Source: Methanofastidiosum sp.
GTDB lineage: Archaea; Methanobacteriota_B; Thermococci; Methanofastidiosales; Methanofastidiosaceae
Direction of reading: 5' to 3'
NCBI GenBank assembly: GCA_013178285.1
Contig: JABLXD010000012.1
Coordinates: forward strand, 5,174-69,173
DNA: 64,000 nucleotides
Shown: positions 1 to 7,312 of the stretch, in pieces
Numbering within the stretch: position 1 is the first letter of the stretch
Layout: each line of letters starts with the position of its first letter
Notes under the pieces: model-generated
What the model was told of the DNA's origin: nothing
The model's database searches: none
Seen by the model: only the letters and a program-made list of their open reading frames with translations
Made by a program: the position numbers and the translations under genes

Positions 1-647
1 TCAACTAGTATTTCTCCATTGTCCATAATAACAAGCCTATCGCAGAGACGTGCAGCCTCTTCCATGTAGTGAGTTGTTATGATAACAGTTATCCCTTTTG
101 AGGAAAGATCCTTTAGTTTTTCCCAGATCAGATGCCTTGCCTGAGGGTCAAGGCCTGTAGTTGGCTCATCCAAAATCAATAGCTTGGGCTCATTGATCAT
201 TGCTCTTGCGAGTACAAGCCTTCTCTTCATCCCCCCAGAAAGCTTTTCAACAGAACTATCCTTTTTTTCTGTTAGTTGCACATACTCGATAAGTTCATTA
301 GCACGTTTCTTTGCTTCATCTATGGGTATGTCAAAATACCTGGAATACTGGATAAGGTTTCCAATAACTGAGAAATCCGGGTCAAGATTATCCATCTGAG
401 GAACGACGCCCATAAGCTTCTTTATTTCTTTTTGATTGCGTTCAACATCAAGGCCAAATACCTTTAATTCTCCACCCGTCTTCGGCGAAACACACTGGAT
501 CATCTTCATTGTTGTCGTTTTACCTGCCCCATTTGGTCCTAAAAAGCCAAAAACCTGCCCTTCATTTACCTTGAAATTGATCTTATTGACAGCTATAACA
601 TCACTGAATTTCTTTTCAAGATTTTTGGCCTCAAGGACTATAGTCAA
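1..647 (-). CDS. ABC transporter ATP-binding protein (NodI/DrrA-like), runs off window edge
   Basis: Manual translation from TTG at 647 after a GGTGAG RBS: MTIVLEAKNLEKKFSDVIAVNKINFKVNEGQVFGFLGPNGAGKTT (Walker A), LSGGMKRRL signature, LILDEPTTGLDPQARH, TTHYMEEA. Confidence 0.93.
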   Translation of the reverse strand, partial: MTIVLEAKNLEKKFSDVIAVNKINFKVNEGQVFGFLGPNGAGKTTTMKMIQCVSPKTGGELKVFGLDVERNQKEIKKLMGVVPQMDNLDPDFSVIGNLIQYSRYFDIPIDEAKKRANELIEYVQLTEKKDSSVEKLSGGMKRRLVLARAMINEPKLLILDEPTTGLDPQARHLIWEKLKDLSSKGITVIITTHYMEEAARLCDRLVIMDNGEILV

Positions 648-743
648 GTACTCACCAGTTGAAAAATTGTTCCTAATTATAAAAGTCTTTACTAATCGAT
701 TAATTTATATATTAGTTGTTCCAAACATTATATTGGGAGAAAA

Positions 744-947
744 ATGGCATCTATTGTGTACCTGTATATTGCAATAGCCAATTTTGTTTTGCTTCTAATT
801 GTTTATTCATCCCTTGTAAAAAATAAAAATAAAATCAAATATCTATACGCCCTTGGGATAACTGAAGTGCTGTGGGTAGTGTTATACATATTTCCTTTCA
901 GGAAATTCACATCTGACTTTGTTGACTGTATAATAAAATTACTTTAA
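744..947 (+). CDS. Small two-TM membrane protein, hypothetical
   Basis: ATG preceded by GGGAGA; two hydrophobic stretches; ends 8 nt before the next gene. Confidence 0.5.
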   Translation: MASIVYLYIAIANFVLLLIVYSSLVKNKNKIKYLYALGITEVLWVVLYIFPFRKFTSDFVDCIIKLL

Positions 948-955
948 TTGATATT

Positions 956-1951
956 ATGCCGAGCTATTCTAACAACTGGAAGGTATGTCTAAAATTTAGC
1001 CCAGTTAGCAATCTTATCCTATCAAATAGTAAAGCGATAAACTATTTCACAAGGATAGAGTTGTTTGATGAAGATCCTGGAACTATTGAAGCGTTATGGG
1101 AACTTCCAGGTGCAGTATCCCTATTGAACAAACAACAGGAAGATGGATCGTGGAAATATTCTGGAGGTAAAGAGGAGATCCGCTCACAGATGAATTACAA
1201 TCAGCTTGAAACCTATCGAATAATGCGAGTTTTAATCGAAAAGTACGGCCTAAACAGCACAAATAATGCAATTTCAAGAGCCTGTGAATTTCTATTTTCA
1301 TTCCAAACTGACGAAGGGGATTTTAGAGGCATATACGGGAACGAATACACCCCAAATTACTCTGCAGGCATAATGGAGATGTTGATAAAGGCAGGCTATG
1401 GAAAAGATGACAGGATTGATCTTGGCATCAATTGGCTTTTGTCGATGAGGCAAAATGATGGGGGATGGGCCATACCTTTTAGGACTACAAAGTGCAAGAT
1501 ATCTGAAGTATTCTATAAAGATGAGAGAATTGAACCAATCAAAAATGATCCAACTAAGCCGTCTTCTCATTTAGTAACTGGGATAGTTTTAAGGGCCTTT
1601 GCAGCACATGGGCACTACAGAAAAACAAATGAAATAAGAAAAGCCGGAGCGTTTCTCAAATCACAATTTTTTAAGAAAGACAACTATAATGATCACGGCT
1701 CACCCGAGTACTGGGGGAAGCTAGCTTACCCTTTCTGGTGGACAGATATTGTTTCCTCTCTTGATTCCCTTTCCAAACTCAAATTTACTAAAGAAGACTA
1801 CGACGTCAAGAGGGGGCTAGATTATTTAATTGAAAATCAAAGACCTGATGGGACATGGAAAGTATATTATGGGCTTCCAAAGGACGATGAAAACGATTTA
1901 TGGATTACCCTGGCAATTTGCAGGTTATTTAAGAGATTTTATTCAATTTGA
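956..1951 (+). CDS. Prenyltransferase/squalene-cyclase repeat (alpha/alpha barrel) protein
   Basis: Repeated QW-like motifs QQEDGSW, QTDEGDF, QNDGGW, QRPDGTW; no DxDD catalytic motif seen. Confidence 0.8.
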   Translation: MPSYSNNWKVCLKFSPVSNLILSNSKAINYFTRIELFDEDPGTIEALWELPGAVSLLNKQQEDGSWKYSGGKEEIRSQMNYNQLETYRIMRVLIEKYGLNSTNNAISRACEFLFSFQTDEGDFRGIYGNEYTPNYSAGIMEMLIKAGYGKDDRIDLGINWLLSMRQNDGGWAIPFRTTKCKISEVFYKDERIEPIKNDPTKPSSHLVTGIVLRAFAAHGHYRKTNEIRKAGAFLKSQFFKKDNYNDHGSPEYWGKLAYPFWWTDIVSSLDSLSKLKFTKEDYDVKRGLDYLIENQRPDGTWKVYYGLPKDDENDLWITLAICRLFKRFYSI

Positions 1952-1999
1952 AAGAATCCGATAGTTTTAAATATCGATTACTATCATTAATTTGTAATA

Positions 2000-3256
2000 A
2001 TGGTGTCAATTATGAAAGGAAAAATTGCTATATTAATTTCTTTATTAATTGTTGTTTCTTTTATATCAGGATGTACGACTTCTGAGGTCTTTGTCAATAA
2101 TAGTGAATTCTACGGCTGCGTTCAAGAGCCTGTTGTAATGGATGAAGAACTGCAAAACGGGCTAAATCAAATATATGAAGGATACCTTGCTGAATGCCAG
2201 CAAGAATGCCCTACCTGCAACTGTGAAGCTGATGCAAAGATAGAAACTTTTATGGGATTAGCAGATGTATGGATACCGGGGCTATTAGGTAAGAGAGTAA
2301 CCCTACCATTTTCTTATAACATTGATAGGTGCTCACCTTCTCAGCATTATCGCCTTAATAATGCCGATTTAGGTATGGACATCAGAAAATGTCCTGAATT
2401 AACTATGAATATCAATGATTCTGGCCTTAGCATATATTCTTTACCTTATACATCATTCTTACCGTATGCCCTTGAATACATAGATATACCCATAACAGAG
2501 AATGGGTGTATTCCAACTTCCTTTAAAAATCAAAATCTTCCACCCAATAGCAAATGCCAACTAAAAGAAGATTATCTTTTGGTTATTACTTCAGAATCTC
2601 CAAACCTAATCCTTAACGGAAATGGAATAAAGCCACTGGAAGATGAAACTAGTAGTTACTATACATACATATTATATTTCTATTCAGGTTGGGACAAAGC
2701 TTTAATTGATGATTTTCTAGCAAATTATCCCTCGGGTCCATTCGATTTATCTGGAGTTTATGCCTATAACGAAATCCCTTCAAGTATCAATATTACATAC
2801 GATAAATGGGAAGGTCAGCCTACTACAAATGTATTTCTTTACAGAGAATGCTGCTGGCACTGTAATCCAAAACCTTCACTTCCTGCAACTATCCTTTATC
2901 CAAAAGTTGACATAGAAAGCTTTACATTAACTAACGGAGATGCAATTGTAAAAGATGGGAAGATAATCTCCTCATTTACTGTTGCGCCTGGAGTTCAAAA
3001 TACAACTATAGGTGTTGAGAACAGAGGATTCTTTACCCAAAACAACGTTTACATTAAGTTTGTCGGATTGCCAGAAGGGATAGAAGCCAGCACAATGCCA
3101 GAATTACAAAAGATTAAAGCACATAATATTGGCACCTATGAAACTACTTTTACCGTTGAACCAAATGTACCTTCAGGTACATACAAGATATCTCTGATCG
3201 CTTATTCTCAAAATGGAATACTTGATACAATAATCATGGATCTAGTAATTCCATAA
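2000..3256 (+). CDS. Cysteine-rich lipoprotein with C-terminal Ig-like (NEW3/CARDB-like) domain
   Basis: Signal peptide ending in lipobox FISGC; ECQQECPTCNC and ECCWHC clusters; C-terminal beta-sandwich pattern VENRG...VPSGTYKISL. Confidence 0.75.
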   Translation: MVSIMKGKIAILISLLIVVSFISGCTTSEVFVNNSEFYGCVQEPVVMDEELQNGLNQIYEGYLAECQQECPTCNCEADAKIETFMGLADVWIPGLLGKRVTLPFSYNIDRCSPSQHYRLNNADLGMDIRKCPELTMNINDSGLSIYSLPYTSFLPYALEYIDIPITENGCIPTSFKNQNLPPNSKCQLKEDYLLVITSESPNLILNGNGIKPLEDETSSYYTYILYFYSGWDKALIDDFLANYPSGPFDLSGVYAYNEIPSSINITYDKWEGQPTTNVFLYRECCWHCNPKPSLPATILYPKVDIESFTLTNGDAIVKDGKIISSFTVAPGVQNTTIGVENRGFFTQNNVYIKFVGLPEGIEASTMPELQKIKAHNIGTYETTFTVEPNVPSGTYKISLIAYSQNGILDTIIMDLVIP

Positions 3257-3316
3257 ATTTATTAATTTTTAATTTTTAAATTAAATATATATAGTAAAAG
3301 TTCCTAGATAGATTGG

Positions 3317-4750
3317 ATGATAAGAAATAAATTAATGGATATTGGGTTATACTCTCTTACCTTAAATCCCATAATTAAATATTCTATTAATCAAATAACA
3401 ACTAAGTGCGCCAAATGTAATAAAACAGTTTTAGAACAAATAATAAACAGTATAGAAACTGGAGAAGATCCTAAATTGTGCAATAGATGCTCTCTTTTAT
3501 TTCGACTTTACGTGCCATGGATTCCTATTTTACATCTTTTTGGTTTTGCAGTTAGCAGGGAGTCTTTTGAAAATGTTCCGACTTTTAATGAAGGATATTC
3601 ACTTAAGTCATATTCCTTGGGTGCCCATTCTTTCTTAAAAGGAGTGTCATCTTTTGGGTACAGGAAACCGTTGATATTTAATTCGCCAATATCTGTTGTT
3701 TTAGAATTAACTAGATTATGCAATCTTAATTGTAACTACTGTTATGTCAACACTTTTAATTCTGATTTAAATAAGCAAAAATATAACTTAGATTTATCAA
3801 CTGAGGAATGGTTTAAGGCAATAGATATTCTAAAAGAAACAGGAGTAGCTTCTCTTGTTTTTTCAGGAGGCGAACCATTAATTAGAGATGACTTTTTTAC
3901 AATTGCTAGTTATTCCAATAAACTGGGTTTTGCGACGTCTCTTGCAACAAATGGAACGCTATTAGATGAGGATATGGCTAAGAATATCAAAGAATCTGGA
4001 ATAAGCTATGTAGAAATAAGCATATTTAGTTCTATTGAAGAAACAAATGATGCCCACAGGAAAAATGATTCTTTTATGAAATCTATAAATGCTATTAAAT
4101 TCTGTAAAGAACAAGGTATTACAGTTGGCTTATCTCTGACTCTTACTAGCCTCGTAAAAGATGAGGTATCAAGCTTTTTAGAACTTGCAAAAAATACGGG
4201 CACTGATGTGTGTATATTCCTAAATTATGTCCCACATGGAAATGGAAATGACCCTCTGGCCCTAAATAATGGGGACAAAGAAAAAGTTCTAATTGAAATA
4301 TTAAACAAGCGCAATGAATATGATCAATACTTTAGAAAAATTGTAGTGCTACAAGCCCCAGAAATTTCTCAGCTCCATTTTGAAAAACAAAATAATAAAG
4401 AACTCATGCAGATTGGATTTACTAAATTTGATAAACCCGGATGGGGCAGATTTATAGAATATGTTGGGGGATGCTCTGCAGGAAGATTTCTTTTGGCAGT
4501 ATCTAATGAAGGAGCTATTATGCCCTGCCCTTTTCTTAGAATGGATTTGGGCAATGTTCTAGAAGTGGATCTTGATTCAATATGGAGAGATAACATTGCA
4601 TTGACTCAAATGAGAGACAGAAAAAGATGGGAAGGCAAGTGTGGAACTTGCAAATACAAAATAGTTTGTGGCGGATGCAGGGCTAGAGCCTATATTAACT
4701 CAAAAAACATACTTGCTGAAGATCCGTCCTGCTCTTATACCGGCTTTTAA
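3317..4750 (+). CDS. Radical SAM protein with SPASM domain and N-terminal CxxC/CxxC extension
   Basis: CNLNCNYC, FSGGEP, TNG motifs; SPASM cysteines GCSAG...PCPF...CGTCKYKIVCGGCRARA...DPSC; N-terminal CAKC and CNRC. Confidence 0.93.
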   Translation: MIRNKLMDIGLYSLTLNPIIKYSINQITTKCAKCNKTVLEQIINSIETGEDPKLCNRCSLLFRLYVPWIPILHLFGFAVSRESFENVPTFNEGYSLKSYSLGAHSFLKGVSSFGYRKPLIFNSPISVVLELTRLCNLNCNYCYVNTFNSDLNKQKYNLDLSTEEWFKAIDILKETGVASLVFSGGEPLIRDDFFTIASYSNKLGFATSLATNGTLLDEDMAKNIKESGISYVEISIFSSIEETNDAHRKNDSFMKSINAIKFCKEQGITVGLSLTLTSLVKDEVSSFLELAKNTGTDVCIFLNYVPHGNGNDPLALNNGDKEKVLIEILNKRNEYDQYFRKIVVLQAPEISQLHFEKQNNKELMQIGFTKFDKPGWGRFIEYVGGCSAGRFLLAVSNEGAIMPCPFLRMDLGNVLEVDLDSIWRDNIALTQMRDRKRWEGKCGTCKYKIVCGGCRARAYINSKNILAEDPSCSYTGF

Positions 4751-4810
4751 CTCAATTAGGGCGGGCTATTCAACTAAAATACTCTATTCTAGAAACCCTC
4801 ATCACTCTAT

Positions 4811-4900
4811 TTTTAAAAACCTCAAAAAATTCAAAAATTCAATTTTGTAACAATATATATTATTTATTATATATGATTAAATAATTATTGCATTTATTTT
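4811..4900 (+). repeat. AT-rich repeat unit A; left arm of a 90-bp inverted repeat with 7051-7140
   Basis: 81/90 ungapped identity to the reverse complement of 7051-7140 (hand count). Confidence 0.92.
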
Positions 4901-4972
4901 TAAAAATTTTAGGCTATACTAAAATTGCTATTTTTGAAAAATCAGCTTAAAAATTGCCTGAAGCCGAGCCAT

Positions 4973-5046
4973 AAAAATTTCAAAAAATCATGAAAATAAC
5001 AATATATATGCCATATAATATATTTTTGAATAATTATTGCACTAAT
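4973..5046 (+). repeat. AT-rich repeat unit B (direct copy of A)
   Basis: Ungapped match to A at offset 149; shares TAACAATATATAT and AATAATTATTGCA. Confidence 0.8.
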
Positions 5047-5270
5047 TAAAATTTTAGATATTCCTAATTTTAAATTATCTAAGGATCTTGAGATTGAAAC
5101 CCAATTACCATGTTTTTTTGTAGTTTCTTCTTGCAAAGCTACTCCATTGAACTCACTGTTTCCTAGTCGTATTTTACTTGTGCAAAGTACCCTAGTTTCT
5201 TTGAATAATCGAGTAACGTGAGAAAAATGCAAACACTCTGCTTTATATTCATATAATAACAATTAGCATA

Positions 5271-5332
5271 AATTGCAATAATTTTATAAAATTATATAAT
5301 ATAGAATATAATAATGAATAATAATTGCAATT
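5271..5332 (+). repeat. AT-rich repeat unit C
   Basis: TTGCAA at 5273 and 5325 (52 bp apart); 52/62 identity to the reverse complement of unit E. Confidence 0.85.
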
Positions 5333-5488
5333 ACCAATTAACATTAAGTTAAAGATTATTATTGAAATTGGATTACCAAAAATTTTTTACAGAATTTTTA
5401 AAATGAAAATGGAATCGGAATTCATTTACCAACTTTTTATAGGGGATAAAAATAAATACTTTGCCGCCCTAAGTAATAAGGTGAGAAT

Positions 5489-5686
5489 ATGGGATTAATG
5501 TCTTGGATAGATAAAAAATCAGGAAAATTAAGCGCCTGGGATATTGCATTTGTTAAAATTGGCGCAATGATCTTTGGCCTTATTATTGGAGCTTACTTCC
5601 CAGTTTTAATAAAACAATACGTTGTACTGCTTATAGTGCTTTTTATACTATTTTCCGCGAAACCTGTTTATGCTGCTTTCAAATAA
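5489..5686 (+). CDS. Two-TM membrane microprotein (left paralog)
   Basis: GGTGAG RBS plus ATG; 32/61 identical, ungapped, to 6132-6323; WDI..VK..AM.FG...GAY and KPVY.AF motifs. Confidence 0.85.
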   Translation: MGLMSWIDKKSGKLSAWDIAFVKIGAMIFGLIIGAYFPVLIKQYVVLLIVLFILFSAKPVYAAFK

Positions 5687-5843
5687 ATTCACGGAAATAC
5701 TTTTTTATCCTATTACCCCGGGCTTATTTGAATAAAAAGAAGGACTTTAGATACCTTAATAATAAGTAAACTAGAGTATATCCTAATTGAATAACGCTGA
5801 AAATAACTGCGCGATCTTATGTCTAAAACCGCCTTTAGTTTGA

Positions 5844-5880
5844 GTCCTAATTATCCCTAAAAAGGTCCTAATATCGTCCT
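5844..5880 (+). repeat. Helically phased (G)TCCTAA-like repeats left of dif
   Basis: CCT cores at 5846, 5856, 5867, 5878 (spacing 10, 11, 11). Confidence 0.65.
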
Positions 5881-5912
5881 TTTTTAGCGAAATTTACGCG
5901 AAAACCGTCATT

Positions 5913-5940
5913 ACTACGTATAATATACATTATACGCAAT
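5913..5940. other. dif: Xer-family dif-type recombination site (11-6-11)
   Basis: Plus ACTACGTATAA-TATACA-TTATACGCAAT; minus ATTGCGTATAA-TGTATA-TTATACGTAGT. Inner CGTATAA/TTATACG arms are a perfect inverted repeat; spacer TGTATA equals that of E. coli dif; symmetric arms fit a single XerA-type recombinase. Confidence 0.8.
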
Positions 5941-5963
5941 ATTTGGATATAACTCAAGCACAA

Positions 5964-5996
5964 AAAGTAGGTCAAAAGTGGGTCGAAAGTAGGCCA
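5964..5996 (+). repeat. Three 11-bp tandem repeats right of dif
   Basis: AAAGTAGGTCA AAAGTGGGTCG AAAGTAGGCCA. Confidence 0.85.
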
Positions 5997-6131
5997 AAAA
6001 GAGCCTTTTTCCATATTTCTACCCATTTCGACTATAAACAAGATATTACCGTTTAACTATAAAAATCTTAGTATTACTAAAAAGCGCTTTTTTATTTGTT
6101 TAGGGTAGCTTAGATAAAAATAAAGTATGTT

Positions 6132-6323
6132 TTAGCGAAATGCATCATAGACGGGTTTTATTGAAAATAGCAAAGTAAGTATTATGAATACTATCAGATA
6201 CTGCCTCACAAAGGGAGATATGTAAGCACCGACAATAATCCCAAAAAACATTGCAGCAAACTTAACTAAGCCGATATCCCACACATTTAACTTCTTCCCT
6301 TTCTCATCGATATAGGAATCCAA
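6132..6323 (-). CDS. Two-TM membrane microprotein (right paralog)
   Basis: Paralog of 5489-5686, convergent across dif; TTG start (the position matching the left ATG reads AGG). Confidence 0.8.
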   Translation of the reverse strand: MDSYIDEKGKKLNVWDIGLVKFAAMFFGIIVGAYISPFVRQYLIVFIILTLLFSIKPVYDAFR

Positions 6324-6419
6324 TCCCCTAAGATCGCCCCATCATATAAGAATCTTAACTATTTATATCTACCCGTTAAAACTTTGGGAATTGAATATCG
6401 ATTCCACTTCCAAACTTAA

Positions 6420-6483
6420 GATAAATTGCAATAAATTTACATTATTATATTATTGAGTATATAATTTTAAATAATATTTGCAA
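6420..6483 (-). repeat. AT-rich repeat unit D
   Basis: TTGCAA at 6426 and 6478 (52 bp apart); reverse complement resembles unit C. Confidence 0.75.
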
Positions 6484-6489
6484 AAGATA

Positions 6490-6551
6490 AATTGCAATTA
6501 TCTTTCAATATAATATTATGCAAAATATATTTTTATAAAATTATTGCAATT
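6490..6551 (-). repeat. AT-rich repeat unit E
   Basis: TTGCAA at 6492 and 6544 (52 bp apart); first 21 nt of its reverse complement are identical to unit C. Confidence 0.85.
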
Positions 6552-6867
6552 CTTCTTTGTTTTTATTTTCCCTATTCATCATGAAGGGCAAAGTAGTATA
6601 TGAGGTCGCTATTAATGCAATCCCGATTATCCCAATCACTCTCGCAATTGATACAGTATTCTCCCCAAGCAAAGCGCCATTAATCATCAAGAAAGCCCCT
6701 ATCAATGACAAGAAAAGCCCTATTATGAACTGGATAGCCGCCCTTTTCTTATGGATATTCCCTTTATTCTGGGCCGAAGATCTTTTTGGGCCAGTAAATG
6801 CCACAAAAAGCGCAAGAGCTAATAAAAGTACGCCTATAATAATTAGTATTATTGGCAGATTTACCAT
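6541..6867 (-). CDS. Three-TM membrane protein, hypothetical
   Basis: ATG start with a TTTAAATA-like TATA upstream; three hydrophobic helices; stop codon lies inside repeat E. Confidence 0.7.
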   Translation of the reverse strand: MVNLPIILIIIGVLLLALALFVAFTGPKRSSAQNKGNIHKKRAAIQFIIGLFLSLIGAFLMINGALLGENTVSIARVIGIIGIALIATSYTTLPFMMNRENKNKEELQ

Positions 6868-6960
6868 ATAAATTATATAAAATTGGCATATTTAAGTGTT
6901 TCGTTTATTAAATTATTTTGAAAAAAATTATATTTTAATGAATATTAATACATTAAATCA

Positions 6961-7040
6961 AAATATTGGTAATTCGTTACTAAATTCTATTGTCGAATTC
7001 ATTAAATTCAAATGCTGGTAATTCGTTACCAAATTCCATT
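6961..7040. repeat. Two ~31-bp direct repeats with palindromic core TGGTAA-TTCG-TTAC(T/C)A
   Basis: AAATATTGGTAATTCGTTACTAAATTCTATT and AAATGCTGGTAATTCGTTACCAAATTCCATT; cores start at 6967 and 7016. Confidence 0.85.
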
Positions 7041-7050
7041 TTAGAGCATA

Positions 7051-7140
7051 AAAATAATTGCAATAATTATTATAATATATATCATATATAATATATATTG
7101 TTACAAAATTGAATTTTTGAATTTTTTCATGTTTTTAAAA
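7051..7140 (-). repeat. AT-rich repeat unit F; right arm of the inverted repeat with 4811-4900
   Basis: 81/90 identity to unit A in inverted orientation. Confidence 0.92.
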
Positions 7141-7312
7141 ATTGGTGATAGAGGAAATTTTAATTGAGTTTTGGCTGATTTAAGGGGCTAAAATGGAGAA
7201 GTTCGAATAGTATCGCCCAGGATATATGTTGTTATATCTGGATATTTTCAAAGAAATAGAAATCGACTATAAAATAGAATGATTTATCTATTAAACAAAT
7301 TATTGACTGTCG

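Noticed and set aside
744-947. RiPP precursor for the radical SAM enzyme
   Set aside because: Hydrophobic membrane peptide with a single Cys and no leader/core pattern.
4942-5262. 106-aa minus-strand ORF
   Set aside because: Runs through repeat B, TTG start without an RBS, no protein-like motifs.
5910-5943. loxP site or vector contamination
   Set aside because: Arms match loxP only 11/13 and 9/13 with a different spacer; no vector sequence nearby; the 11-6-11 dif reading fits better.
5817-5952. Thermococcales-style dif arms TTATGTCTAAA (5817-5827) and TTTGGATATAA (5942-5952)
   Set aside because: Each is an isolated half site with no partner at 6-bp spacing; not called, though the proximity to the core site is curious.
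6961-7040. CRISPR mini-array
   Set aside because: Only two imperfect copies with an ~18-nt gap, and no cas genes in the window.
4811-7140. Replication origin (inverted ORB arrays around a DUE)
   Set aside because: No ORB-type TTCCAGTGGAAA/G-string motif, no cdc6/orc1 gene, the centre is not an AT-rich DUE, and genes converge on rather than diverge from the locus.
7217-7242. Second dif-like dyad CCAGGATATAT-GTTG-TTATATCTGGA
   Set aside because: Spacer is 4 bp rather than 6, and the arms are imperfect.
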